In this document: piece by piece, positions 47,675 to 57,432 of the stretch
How the letters are laid out: each line of letters begins with the position of its first letter
Numbering within the stretch: position 1 is the first letter of the stretch
Assembly: GCA_021300155.1 (NCBI GenBank)
Contig: JAJTID010000041.1
Location: 12,608-76,607 of the forward strand
Origin: Pirellula sp.
Lineage (GTDB): Bacteria > Planctomycetota > Planctomycetia > Pirellulales > Pirellulaceae
DNA length: 64,000 nucleotides
Direction: 5' to 3'
The notes under the pieces: generated by a model
What the model was told of the DNA's origin: nothing
Database searches by the model: none
What the model saw: only the letters and a program-made list of their open reading frames with translations
Position numbers and translations under genes: made by a program

Positions 47675-48748
47675 ATGAGCACAACAATTCCGATGAGCAC
47701 AACGTCATTCGGCATAGAAGCGACTCCATTTGGAAAATCCAATTCAGGTGAATTGGTTACCCTTTACCGCCTTACCAACTCACACGGCAACTCCATCACA
47801 ATGATGGATCTCGGTGCTATTCTGGTTTCCATCGAGGTGCCGGACCGAAAAGGTGTCAGAGCCAACATCAACGCTGGCTTCCCGACCATCGATGGTTATC
47901 TACAGCGTCATCCGTACTTCGGCTCCACGGTCGGTCGATTCTGCAACCGAATTGCGAACGGAAAATTCAGTATCGATGGAAAATCATATTCACTTTTTGT
48001 CAACAATGGCCCCAATCATCTTCACGGCGGCAAAATTGGTTTCGATCAGATGCTATGGAGTACCGAAAGGCTCGTTAACGAAAACAGTGTCGGTCTGCGA
48101 TTTTCATTGATCAGTCCCGACGGGCAAGAAGGCTATCCCGGCACATTGCAGGTAACTGCAGAGTATGTTTGGGACAATAGAAACACTCTGTCCATTCGAT
48201 TCCAAGCGTCCACGGATCAAGCGACGCATGTCAACTTGACGAACCATGCCTACTTTAATCTTGGGGGAGTAGAAAGCGGAACTGTCTACGATCATTCTCT
48301 ATCGATTGAGTCCCGAGAGTACGTTCCTGTCGATGAAAACATGATTCCAACGGGAAGTACTGCCTCAGTGATCGGAACGCCTCTCGACTTTATCAAGCCG
48401 ACCGACATCGGCGATCGCATCCATCAACTGGGACAAACGCGGGGCTACGATCATTGTTTTGTCGTCAACGGTACAGCCGGAACGTTGCGCCCTGCAGCGA
48501 CCGTTTACCATCCAGGTTCAGGCAGAACAATGGTCGTGCGAACAACCCAACCAGGTGTCCAGCTCTACACCGGCAATTTCTTGGATGGTACATCTGCCTC
48601 AGGTGGCTTCAAGCAACATGAGGCATTTTGTCTTGAAACACAGCACTATCCTGACACTCCCAATCAAGGCAACTTTCCAACGACACTCGTAAAGCCTGAC
48701 GAAAAGATTGACGAAACAACCACTTTTGAATTTGGTATTAGAACCTAA
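47675..48748 (+). CDS. galM: Aldose 1-epimerase (mutarotase)
   Basis: 'GRFCNRIANG', 'NHLHGG', 'EGYPG', 'NLTNHAYFNL', 'GYDHCF', 'CLETQHYPD'. Confidence 0.93.
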   Translation: MSTTIPMSTTSFGIEATPFGKSNSGELVTLYRLTNSHGNSITMMDLGAILVSIEVPDRKGVRANINAGFPTIDGYLQRHPYFGSTVGRFCNRIANGKFSIDGKSYSLFVNNGPNHLHGGKIGFDQMLWSTERLVNENSVGLRFSLISPDGQEGYPGTLQVTAEYVWDNRNTLSIRFQASTDQATHVNLTNHAYFNLGGVESGTVYDHSLSIESREYVPVDENMIPTGSTASVIGTPLDFIKPTDIGDRIHQLGQTRGYDHCFVVNGTAGTLRPAATVYHPGSGRTMVVRTTQPGVQLYTGNFLDGTSASGGFKQHEAFCLETQHYPDTPNQGNFPTTLVKPDEKIDETTTFEFGIRT

Positions 48749-48795
48749 TTCATAAGCCATTACCTTGAATATTTCCTTGTCCAAAGAGAATTGAA

Positions 48796-49071
48796 ATGAC
48801 ACAAGCGATCGTCGATCCAGAGCAGCTTCGCAACTTTGCGATGCAGCTCAAGCGATTCTCCGGAATGCTTGGAGATGCCTCGACAAAGCTCTCGCAGCAA
48901 ATGCAGCATCTGGCTACTTCTTGGAGAGATCAAGAGCATCAGAAGTTCTCGCAAGAGTTTGAACAAGAACTCAAACAGCTCAACCGTCTAATTGATGCGA
49001 GCGAGCGACATGTTCCCTATTTGCTTCGCAAAGCCGAATTGATCGACGAGTATCAACGCGGAAATGGCTGA
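48796..49071 (+). CDS. WXG100/ESAT-6-like small helical protein
   Basis: 91 aa, helix-turn-helix heptads. N-terminal 'VDPEQLRNFA', central 'SWRD' (W-x-D variant of W-x-G), C-terminal 'LRKAELIDEY'. Confidence 0.75.
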   Translation: MTQAIVDPEQLRNFAMQLKRFSGMLGDASTKLSQQMQHLATSWRDQEHQKFSQEFEQELKQLNRLIDASERHVPYLLRKAELIDEYQRGNG

Positions 49072-49540
49072 AGCAAATGTTAAGAACATAGAAGCGCTCG
49101 AGCTTTTTCTGGATGCAATCGTAAGCCTGAGAACCGGTACGCGCAAACAAGCAGATGAGATTCGGGAGCAGTTGCAGCGAGTCTCCAATTGGATAGAGAA
49201 AGAGCTTCCTGAATATTGGCGGAATGAACATCGCATCTCAGAAAACAAATGGATTGCCGCACGCGAAGAGCTGATGCGTTGCGAATCGAAAACGAGAGCC
49301 GAGGACGAACGGTCCTGTTCCGTACAAAGGAAAATGCTCGCCAAAGCGACCGAACGACGGGCACTTTGCGAACATCGCGTTCGAACGATTCCGCTACTCG
49401 CTCGTCAATGGAATCAGTTCTACCAGGAAATTTCTTTGTCTGTTCGGCATTTGGATGATCTTTCCGAGTCGACTCTACAAAATGCGATTTCCCGATTGCA
49501 GTCCATCGTGGATACTCTGAAAAAGTATTTGGAGCTCTAA
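49064..49540 (+). CDS. Helical hypothetical protein, probable WXG100 partner
   Basis: 158 aa coiled-coil-rich; start overlaps the WXG100 stop by 8 nt; central 'LPEYW'. Confidence 0.7.
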   Translation: MAEANVKNIEALELFLDAIVSLRTGTRKQADEIREQLQRVSNWIEKELPEYWRNEHRISENKWIAAREELMRCESKTRAEDERSCSVQRKMLAKATERRALCEHRVRTIPLLARQWNQFYQEISLSVRHLDDLSESTLQNAISRLQSIVDTLKKYLEL

Positions 49541-49644
49541 ATCCGACAGCACTTTACTCGACTGTTGTTCCTTTCGAATATCCTGGACAAAAGTCATTGA
49601 AGTACGCGTCGCCAGTCGACAAAAACATTATTTGGGTAAATGTG

Positions 49645-50502
49645 ATGCAACTAGGTCGAATCAAAACCTCTCATGGTCCCGCCGTTGTCAAAATCGAAAA
49701 CGGCCATGCCTCCATCTTGGATCTAAAGTCGGCAGGCATGAATGCTCTTCAAGATCTTTTATCTTCCCCTGAGCTCGAGCGATTGTCGAGCTCCATGCCA
49801 ACCATTGGCCAGCCGATGCCGGTGAAGTCAATAGCCTGGTTGCCTCCGATCGATCATCAAGAGGTTTGGGCTGCCGGCGTGACCTACAAGCGCTCACAAA
49901 CGGCCAGGATGGAAGAGAGCGAAGCGGCGGCAAGTTGCTATGATCGCGTTTACACTGCGGCCCGTCCCGAAATATTTTTCAAAGCCACGCCGCACCGTTG
50001 TGAAGGAAATGGTGGAAATCTCAGAATCCGCACTGACGCAACTTGGAATGTTCCTGAACCAGAATTGGCATTAGTGATATCGAGTTCAGGCCGTATCGTT
50101 GGCTACACGATCGGTAACGATATGAGCAGCCGAGACATCGAGGGGGACAATCCGCTCTATCTGCCACAGGCTAAGCTTTACAATCAATGTTGTGGTCTCG
50201 GGCCATGGATCACACTTGCGTCTGCTATGCCAGAACGCATGTCGATAGGAATCCGCCTTGAGATTGTTCGAGACGGATCCAGCATATTCAAGGGTGAAAC
50301 GTCCGTATCACAAATGGCTCGTCAATTCGAAGACTTAGTAAACTGGCTACTCCGTGACAACGATATGCCCAACGGTGTATTTTTGTTAACCGGTACGGGC
50401 ATCGTTCCCGATGCTCCTTTTACCTTGGCCAAAGGAGACGTCGTTCATATTTCAATCGACGGAATTGGCATGCTGACAAATACAATCGTTCAAGGATCAT
50501 AG
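49645..50502 (+). CDS. Fumarylacetoacetate hydrolase family, 2-keto-3-deoxy-pentonate dehydratase-like
   Basis: 'QEVWAAGVTYKRS...RMEES', 'RPEIFFKA', 'VPEPEL', 'NDMSSRDIEGDNPLYLPQAK', 'LTGTG'. Confidence 0.85.
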   Translation: MQLGRIKTSHGPAVVKIENGHASILDLKSAGMNALQDLLSSPELERLSSSMPTIGQPMPVKSIAWLPPIDHQEVWAAGVTYKRSQTARMEESEAAASCYDRVYTAARPEIFFKATPHRCEGNGGNLRIRTDATWNVPEPELALVISSSGRIVGYTIGNDMSSRDIEGDNPLYLPQAKLYNQCCGLGPWITLASAMPERMSIGIRLEIVRDGSSIFKGETSVSQMARQFEDLVNWLLRDNDMPNGVFLLTGTGIVPDAPFTLAKGDVVHISIDGIGMLTNTIVQGS

Positions 50503-50526
50503 CACTCGTACATCGAAGATCGAACC

Positions 50527-52089
50527 ATGGAAAAAATATACATCAATGGCACTTTCCGCGACTCTGTTGCGGCCTCCTCGTTTCGAGCCTCAAACCCATC
50601 GACAGGAGAAGCACTGGAACGTGATTTCCCTGTAAGTGAGTGGAAAGAAATCGACGAGGCTCTCGACGTTGCGTCTAGCTGTTTCAAAGAGATGCGATCA
50701 ATGTCGCCTGAAAAGATCGCCACATTTCTCGATACCTTTGCAGATCTGATCCAATCTGACAAAGATGCATTGGTTGATTTAGCGCATGAAGAAACAGGTC
50801 TTCCGAAAACGCCTCGCCTAGGGGACGTCGAACTCCCTCGCACGGTCAATCAATTGAAGCTGGCAGCAGCAGCAGCGAGATCTGGTTCGTGGTCTATGCC
50901 AACAATCGATACCAAAGCAAACATCCGTTCATGCTATCAGTCTATTGGCCCGGTTTGCGTATTCGGTCCCAATAACTTCCCGTTTGCGTTTAATAGCTTG
51001 GCTGGGGGTGACTTTGCTGCTGCTATTGCATCAGGTAACCCTGTTATCGGGAAAGCGAACTCCTCACACCCAGCGACTACCAAGAGATTCGCCGAACTTG
51101 CTCATCAAGCGATCGAGAAAACCGGAATGCCTAAAGGATTGGTCCAGTTACTCTACAGAACTTCACATGTCGATGGGGAGCGAATGGTCGGAGACCCACG
51201 TTTGGCGGCCATTGGCTACACAGGTTCTAGGAATGCAGGATTGCAATTGAAGTCCGTTGCGGACAAAGTGGGTAAGCCTTTTTATGCAGAGCTTTCCAGT
51301 GTGAACCCCATCGTATACTTGCCAGGCGCCATGAAGGAACGGGGCGAGAAACTCATGGATGAATATGTCGCGAGCGGTTTGATGGGCGCTGGCCAATTCT
51401 GCACGAACCCTGGATTGTTGATTATGCTCAAGTCGCAGGAAGCCGATCGCTTCGTTGCTGGAGTTACGGACAAGTACAAGTCTAGTCCGGCAGGAACACT
51501 GTTGTCCAAGAGCGTCGAGAGTAGTTTGGTGAAGAGCATCTCTATTCTTTGTGCGGCTGGTGCTGAGTTACTCACAGGTGGCAGCAAGGTCGAGGGTGGT
51601 CGTTGTGCGGTTGCCAACACTGCATTGCGAGTCACAGGCCAGAAATTCCTGAGCGATCCTCATGCATTTCAGACAGAAGCGTTTGGGAATGCTGTACTGA
51701 TCGTGGTTTGCGAATCCATGACAGAACTGAAGCAGGTACTTGAACAGCTCGAAGGTAATCTAACAGCTGCCATCTATTCTGCGACCGACGGGAGCGACGA
51801 TGGAATCTATCAGCCAATCGCTGATGAGCTTGCTCAGAAGGTCGGAAGACTGCTAAACGACAAGATGCCGACCGGAGTTGCGGTCAGTCCAGCTATGAAT
51901 CATGGTGGTCCATTTCCTGCAACTGGCCATCCAGGATTCACTGCCGTCGGGATACCTGCGAGCATGATTCGTTTTGCAAAGCTAACGTGCTTTGACGCCG
52001 TTCGTCCCAGCCGATTGCCTGCAGTGTTGCAGGATTCCAATCCGCAAAAGGCGTGGCGTTCGGTCGATGGTGTTTGGACTCAATCTTAG
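50527..52089 (+). CDS. NADP-dependent aldehyde dehydrogenase, alpha-ketoglutaric semialdehyde dehydrogenase type
   Basis: 'FGPNNFPFAF', 'GGDFAAA', 'YTGSRNAG', 'ELSSVNP', catalytic Cys 'GQFCTNPG', 'HGGPFPAT'. Confidence 0.88.
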   Translation: MEKIYINGTFRDSVAASSFRASNPSTGEALERDFPVSEWKEIDEALDVASSCFKEMRSMSPEKIATFLDTFADLIQSDKDALVDLAHEETGLPKTPRLGDVELPRTVNQLKLAAAAARSGSWSMPTIDTKANIRSCYQSIGPVCVFGPNNFPFAFNSLAGGDFAAAIASGNPVIGKANSSHPATTKRFAELAHQAIEKTGMPKGLVQLLYRTSHVDGERMVGDPRLAAIGYTGSRNAGLQLKSVADKVGKPFYAELSSVNPIVYLPGAMKERGEKLMDEYVASGLMGAGQFCTNPGLLIMLKSQEADRFVAGVTDKYKSSPAGTLLSKSVESSLVKSISILCAAGAELLTGGSKVEGGRCAVANTALRVTGQKFLSDPHAFQTEAFGNAVLIVVCESMTELKQVLEQLEGNLTAAIYSATDGSDDGIYQPIADELAQKVGRLLNDKMPTGVAVSPAMNHGGPFPATGHPGFTAVGIPASMIRFAKLTCFDAVRPSRLPAVLQDSNPQKAWRSVDGVWTQS

Positions 52090-52116
52090 TTCGGCATTCG
52101 GATCTATCCAGTATCC

Positions 52117-52884
52117 ATGAGACACTTTGCTTTAACCGTTGCATACGATGGCACGTCGTATGGAGGCTGGCAAATACAAGCGAATTCTGTTGCTGTGCAA
52201 CAGATCCTGATGGAAGCAATAGCAAAAGGCACCGGCGAACACGTTCATGCTCAGGGAAGCGGCAGGACGGATGCCGGAGTACACGCGACCGGCCAGGTCG
52301 TGTCGATATCATTGCAAAATTGGCGGGCACCGGCGGATTCGTTGGTGCCATCCATCAATCGCAATCTTCCAAAGTCGATTGTCGTTCGAGGATGCCGCGA
52401 AGCTCATTTGCGATTTGATCCAATTCGAGCCGCTACAAGCAAACGCTATCGGTATAGTATTCGCAACTCACGTATTCCTGATCCGCTTCACCACCCGTTT
52501 CATTGGTTTTATCCTCGACCGCTCGACCTTGCGGTAATGCGAGAGGCAGCAAGTCTTTTAATAGGAACCCATGACTTCAAAGCATTTGAGTCCAATGGGT
52601 CGCCACGAAAGTCGACGACGCGTACCGTACACGATTTGGTGATCACATCGACACTCGTGAATGATGGATCTCTCTTTGAGATAGAAATCGAAGCGGATGG
52701 GTTTCTCTACAATATGGTTCGGAACATCACTGGTGCTCTTTGTGAAGTGGGGGTAGGGCGACTGAGCACGAGATGGTTGTTGAGTGTCCTTGAAGGCCGA
52801 GTTCGAGATCCCTCGAGCCAAACCGCACCAGCACAAGGGCTCTGCCTCGTCGAAGTTAAGTACCCATCGAGTTTGTTCTTGTAA
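52117..52884 (+). CDS. truA: tRNA pseudouridine(38-40) synthase
   Basis: 'AYDGTSYGGWQ', 'GRTDAGVHATGQ', 'GTHDFKAF', 'GFLYNMVRNI'. Confidence 0.95.
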   Translation: MRHFALTVAYDGTSYGGWQIQANSVAVQQILMEAIAKGTGEHVHAQGSGRTDAGVHATGQVVSISLQNWRAPADSLVPSINRNLPKSIVVRGCREAHLRFDPIRAATSKRYRYSIRNSRIPDPLHHPFHWFYPRPLDLAVMREAASLLIGTHDFKAFESNGSPRKSTTRTVHDLVITSTLVNDGSLFEIEIEADGFLYNMVRNITGALCEVGVGRLSTRWLLSVLEGRVRDPSSQTAPAQGLCLVEVKYPSSLFL

Positions 52885-53199
52885 TGCAATCAGACCATTC
52901 GCGACTTAAGCTTTGGGGACGAATCATGGGTACCAAGCCGTCTGCACGCGACTCTAGAATGCTCGATCTAATTCGTGATCTTTGGCGAGAAGCACTGAAT
53001 GGCTACCTACCCGATTTTGCTTCACTGAGGACTCTGCAAGATCTTATGATAGCATCGTGGAATGGTGAATTCGGACCTCCGACTCGCCTCAGTGCGAACA
53101 GATTTGCTACAATTAGAGAGTCGACAATGAAGATGAGAGATTGGTTGGCTAATGGTTTGGCTTCAAGAATCGCTATTTATCGGGACAGGCACCAGGGGC

Positions 53200-54318
53200 A
53201 TGTTAGGACGTTTCAATGTTTGGAATCGTATGCAGTGGCTAGTATTTGCAACAGTAGCATTCATAGTTGCCTATCCCTCCTTTGCTCAGGAGCCCAAGGA
53301 ATTGACGATCGGCTCCATAGCTCCCCCGCTGAAGATCGAGCATTGGGTTCAGAACGGAAAGGGGAAACTTCCAAAAGTAGAGAATTTTGAAAAGGGCAAA
53401 GTCTACCTTGTTGAATTTTGGGCTACCTGGTGTGGGCCATGCATCCAGAGTATTCCACATTTGGCAGATACACAACTCAAGTATGCCAATAAGGGACTTC
53501 AAGTTATCGGTGTAAGTAATGAAAGCCTAGAAGAAGTAAAAGCTTTTTTACCGAGAAAGGCTAAGAACACCGACGGTAGCCCGACCACAATCGATGAACT
53601 GACGAAGAACTACAGTTTGACCACAGACCCTGACGGATCGACGGACGAAGACTACATGTTAGCCGCGAAACAGAGCGGCATTCCGACAGCCTTTATCGTC
53701 GGGAAGGATTCGAAGATTGAATGGATTGGAAGCCCTTTTGAAATGGATGATGTGCTTGACGATGTCATCAACGACAAATGGGATCGAAAGAAATACAAAG
53801 AGGAACAAGATCTGTTCAACGAGATCCAAAATACCATTTCAAAACTAGCACGAGCAAAGAAGTTTCCGGAAGCGATCGAAGCACTGGACGGTTTCTTGAA
53901 GAGAACGAACGAAGCGCGTATCCAATTTGTGTTGCTCAAGACAAAGATTGACATGCAAGTTAATGGCGGTTTGGCCAAAAAAGACGCTCCGAAGGTTTAC
54001 AGTGAACTCTTCAAGATTTGCGAAGGCGAACCCATGTTCATTCAAGATGTCGCTTGGACTGCCTATGAGCAATTTATCGAAGAGGTAATTGATGACAAAG
54101 CGACGATCATTGCCGCCATCAAAGCTCTGGAGAAATCTCAGAATGATCTATCAGGCGGGATAAAAGCGAACTATTTGGACACTTTGTCCCATCTGAAGTT
54201 CGTTGCGGGTGATCTTGCCGGGGCTATTCGCTCACAAAGGGAAGCCGTAAAGCTCGCCGAAGAGGATCAGAAAGAGGAGTTTGCTGCGTTTCTTAAAGAT
54301 CTCGAGTCTCAGAAGTAG
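53200..54318 (+). CDS. TlpA/ResA-like thioredoxin with helical (TPR-like) C-terminal domain, exported
   Basis: 'VEFWATWCGPC', 'GIPTAFIV', signal-like segment ending 'SFAQE'. Start approximate. Confidence 0.85.
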   Translation: MLGRFNVWNRMQWLVFATVAFIVAYPSFAQEPKELTIGSIAPPLKIEHWVQNGKGKLPKVENFEKGKVYLVEFWATWCGPCIQSIPHLADTQLKYANKGLQVIGVSNESLEEVKAFLPRKAKNTDGSPTTIDELTKNYSLTTDPDGSTDEDYMLAAKQSGIPTAFIVGKDSKIEWIGSPFEMDDVLDDVINDKWDRKKYKEEQDLFNEIQNTISKLARAKKFPEAIEALDGFLKRTNEARIQFVLLKTKIDMQVNGGLAKKDAPKVYSELFKICEGEPMFIQDVAWTAYEQFIEEVIDDKATIIAAIKALEKSQNDLSGGIKANYLDTLSHLKFVAGDLAGAIRSQREAVKLAEEDQKEEFAAFLKDLESQK

Positions 54319-54326
54319 TTTTGAAA

Positions 54327-54947
54327 ATGACTTTACTTCCAATTGCGGTTCTCATCTCCGGTGGAGGAACGACTCTCAGGAATTTGTTAGGGAAACGCGA
54401 CTCAGGCAAGCTTGATGTTGATTTTCGACTCGTGATTAGCTCGCGCTCGGACGCAAAGGGACTGGTGTATGCCGAACAAGCAAAGATCCCAACTCTTGTT
54501 GCACCGAAGCGTAAAACGCAGTCTGCGGAGCAACACTCGGAGAGTGTTTTCGGTCCGATCCGAGAGTCTGGGGCACAGCTTGTTGTCATGGGTGGTTACT
54601 TGCAGCATGTTTTGATTCCAAAGGACTTTGAGAATCGGGTAATCAACATTCATCCATCGTTGATCCCTGCGTTTTGCGGTAAGGGAATGTACGGGTTGAA
54701 CGTGCATCAGGCCGCGATCGACTTTGGCGTAAAGGTAACAGGTTGTACGGTTCATTTCGTGGATAACCAATACGACCATGGCCCAATCCTTCTTCAGTCC
54801 GTTTGCGAAGTATTCGAGGATGATACCGCAGAGTCGCTTCAGCAACGCGTTTTTGGGCTAGAGTGCGAAGCCTTGCCTGAAGCGATTCGTCGGTATGCGA
54901 AAAAATTGACCCTAGTTAGGGAATGGAATCAAGAGGCCTCACTTTAA
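54327..54947 (+). CDS. purN: Phosphoribosylglycinamide formyltransferase
   Basis: 'LISGGGTTL', 'NIHPSL', 'GCTVHFVD..YDHGPI'. Confidence 0.95.
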   Translation: MTLLPIAVLISGGGTTLRNLLGKRDSGKLDVDFRLVISSRSDAKGLVYAEQAKIPTLVAPKRKTQSAEQHSESVFGPIRESGAQLVVMGGYLQHVLIPKDFENRVINIHPSLIPAFCGKGMYGLNVHQAAIDFGVKVTGCTVHFVDNQYDHGPILLQSVCEVFEDDTAESLQQRVFGLECEALPEAIRRYAKKLTLVREWNQEASL

Positions 54948-55149
54948 TGAATGCATCTGAATAGCCAAAAACCTCGTGACCGAATAGAGAATTTTGTACA
55001 GGCCTGGCCCATGCGGTCGGCGCATGGTGGCGTAATCCTTTCCATGGTCAGTCCAATAGATGACCTGCTCTTTAAATTATTTAACTTCGAGACTCAGAAT
55101 ACGAACCGCATTCATCGATCATTTTTTTGAGAAGCCCAAGGGAATGGTG

Positions 55150-56259
55150 CTATCCTGCTTTTCGGGTCTGCTTTTGCAATGTTTCCGTGAGTTCGTTGAC
55201 GGACTTACCCTTGACTTGGTACACATACTTGAGAACTTCGGCGACGGCAGCATACTCGCTCAAGGGAATTGGCTTGCCCACATCCACTTGTTTGAAGAGT
55301 GCTTGCGCTAATGGCTTTCTTTCGACGATGGGGATACCATTTTCTAATGCGATCTTTCGAATTTTTGCCGCAACTAGATCCGCACCTTTGGCCAATACGA
55401 TCGGCGCCTTCATCGTTTTAGGATCGTACTGCAAGGCGATGGCAAGCTCAGTTGGGTTTGTCACTACAACATCCGCTTTTGGGACATCTACCGAGAGACG
55501 CTGTTGCGCTAATTCACGCTGCACTTTTCGGCGACGCGACTTTGTATGCGGATCGCCTTGGGTCATTTTCATTTCTTCCCGAAGATCCTCGTCGGTCATA
55601 CGCAGATCCTGTTCATATTTCCATCGTTGAAAGGCATAATCAACAACCGAGAGAACCACGAGGGCGATGGCGACATTACGACAGAGCTCTATCATCGTCG
55701 TCCAGACAAATTTGCCGACGACTGATAGTTCGGCCGTCCCCAATGCGAGGATTGCATCCCAGCGTCCCCATACCCCGCCGATCAAAATTCCTGCGACCAG
55801 GCTGATTTTGACCAAGCCGAACCCGAGACGAGTCGTGTTGGAGAGAGACAGCAACCGTTGAAAGCCTTTCAATGGATTGATGTGCGATATATCGAAGTTG
55901 AGTTTATCTGGGAGCCAGAGCGGCCCAACTTGCGCGAAGTGGACGATGAGTGACGTTAGAAGCATCCCGCCCATCAAAGGCAATAATGCAAGCCCCGATT
56001 GCAATACGTAACGCGTCAGTTGCAGTACCTCAGTTCTTGAGTCGGAATGAAGATCGACACGACTGCCGATTCCGTCCTCCACCAATTGCCGCAAAGCATC
56101 ACCAAGCGTGGGCCCCGTCGAATCCAACAAGATGACGCCGACGAGCAGCAAAACTGCCGATGTTAGGTCCGTCGATTTGGCAACATTCCCTTCCTCACGA
56201 GCCCGTTGCCTACGGTACTCGGTTGCTTCGTGTTTCTTTTCTCCTGATCCCTCAGCCAT
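55150..56259 (-). CDS. flhB: Flagellar export / substrate-specificity switch protein FlhB
   Basis: 'EKKHEATEYR...REEGNVAKS', 'INPLKG', 'EEMKMTQGDP', 'TNPTE', 'AKGAD'. Confidence 0.95.
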   Translation of the reverse strand: MAEGSGEKKHEATEYRRQRAREEGNVAKSTDLTSAVLLLVGVILLDSTGPTLGDALRQLVEDGIGSRVDLHSDSRTEVLQLTRYVLQSGLALLPLMGGMLLTSLIVHFAQVGPLWLPDKLNFDISHINPLKGFQRLLSLSNTTRLGFGLVKISLVAGILIGGVWGRWDAILALGTAELSVVGKFVWTTMIELCRNVAIALVVLSVVDYAFQRWKYEQDLRMTDEDLREEMKMTQGDPHTKSRRRKVQRELAQQRLSVDVPKADVVVTNPTELAIALQYDPKTMKAPIVLAKGADLVAAKIRKIALENGIPIVERKPLAQALFKQVDVGKPIPLSEYAAVAEVLKYVYQVKGKSVNELTETLQKQTRKAG

Positions 56260-56268
56260 TCTGCATGA

Positions 56269-57066
56269 TCATCCTTGCTGGGGTGACGGGAAAAGCAGTG
56301 CTGTTCGTTCAATCCATCCAGCCAATTCGTCCTGAAAGACCCAGCCAATGCTTGTGATCGAAAGCGCCATTACCAGTAGCATGATGGTCACATTGAGGCT
56401 GAAACCAATTGCCATAATGTTCAACTGTGGCAAGGTGCGACCGATCAACGCCGTAACAAAATTCGCGAGCAACAGAGCGATTGCGGGTGGTGCGGAGGCT
56501 CGCAATCCGACATTGACACTATGCCCCAGCAGTTCGTGCAAATGCATCAGCCAGTATTCCTCGAGAAGAATGCCCCCAGCGGGATACGTCGCAAAACTAT
56601 CGACGCATACACCGACAACGATTCGATGCCCTCCCAACGTAATGAATAATGCCATCGCTAACCACGACAGCATTTGGCTTACTACGGTGACAGTTTCCTC
56701 TGTGGTCGGGTCGGCAGCTTGGGCAACATCCATGCTCGCTAAAGAACTTATGACTTGCCCGCCAATTTGAAGTGAAGTCACGATGATCATTACGGCTGAG
56801 CCAAAGAGCAAGCCTAGCAACAGTTCCTTGACAATCCCAAACGCCATATCCATCAAGTGCGTCGGCAGTGGAGTCGTAAACTCCATGACAACTGGGGTGA
56901 TTACGAACGCGATCATAATCACGAGCAATGCCTTGAATCGGTTGGGGATCGTCGCTCCTTGAAGAGGAGGCATCATCACCAGCATTGGACCAATGCGACT
57001 GAGCACGCACAAAAACGTCCACATAGGGCCGTAAAATAATGGGGCGATCGCTTCAAGACTCGTCAT
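56269..57066 (-). CDS. fliR: Flagellar export gate FliR
   Basis: 'KELLLG', 'GGHR', 'RTLPQLNI'; position between fliQ and flhB. Confidence 0.92.
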   Translation of the reverse strand: MTSLEAIAPLFYGPMWTFLCVLSRIGPMLVMMPPLQGATIPNRFKALLVIMIAFVITPVVMEFTTPLPTHLMDMAFGIVKELLLGLLFGSAVMIIVTSLQIGGQVISSLASMDVAQAADPTTEETVTVVSQMLSWLAMALFITLGGHRIVVGVCVDSFATYPAGGILLEEYWLMHLHELLGHSVNVGLRASAPPAIALLLANFVTALIGRTLPQLNIMAIGFSLNVTIMLLVMALSITSIGWVFQDELAGWIERTALLFPSPQQG

Positions 57067-57087
57067 GGAACGGCCCTTGTTTTGACC

Positions 57088-57363
57088 TTACTTACTCGCC
57101 ACATGGATAGGAATCTCTAGAAACAAATTGCGAGAGTAATCGATCATTCGATCGGCCAACCAGGGCATGCAAACGACAATGGCAAGTGTCATGGCAACCA
57201 GTTTTGGAACGGTACTAACCGTTTGATCTTGAATTTGCGTCAAGGCTTGAAGGAGTCCGATGGCCAAACCGACGATCATACCGATCACAAGCAATGGAGC
57301 CCCTAGAATTAGGGTCATCATGATCGCATCACGAATGAGGTCGACAGCTTCGCTGGATGTCAT
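57088..57363 (-). CDS. fliQ: Flagellar export gate FliQ
   Basis: 'IGLLQALTQIQDQTVSTVPK'. Confidence 0.95.
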   Translation of the reverse strand: MTSSEAVDLIRDAIMMTLILGAPLLVIGMIVGLAIGLLQALTQIQDQTVSTVPKLVAMTLAIVVCMPWLADRMIDYSRNLFLEIPIHVASK

Positions 57364-57432
57364 GAATTGGCTTTACCGTTGGAGAAGTTTTGGCGGGATG
57401 TAAAAAAATCGTAAACACGGGGCATGCCGAAG

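Noticed and set aside
47673-47703. Short repeat gatgagcacaac twice at the galM start (MSTT-IP-MSTT)
   Set aside because: A 12-nt duplication that only creates alternative start codons; no evidence of function.
52884-53390. 168-aa ORF after truA
   Set aside because: Overlaps the TlpA gene in another frame by about 190 nt and has no family features; the non-overlapping part could not be supported.
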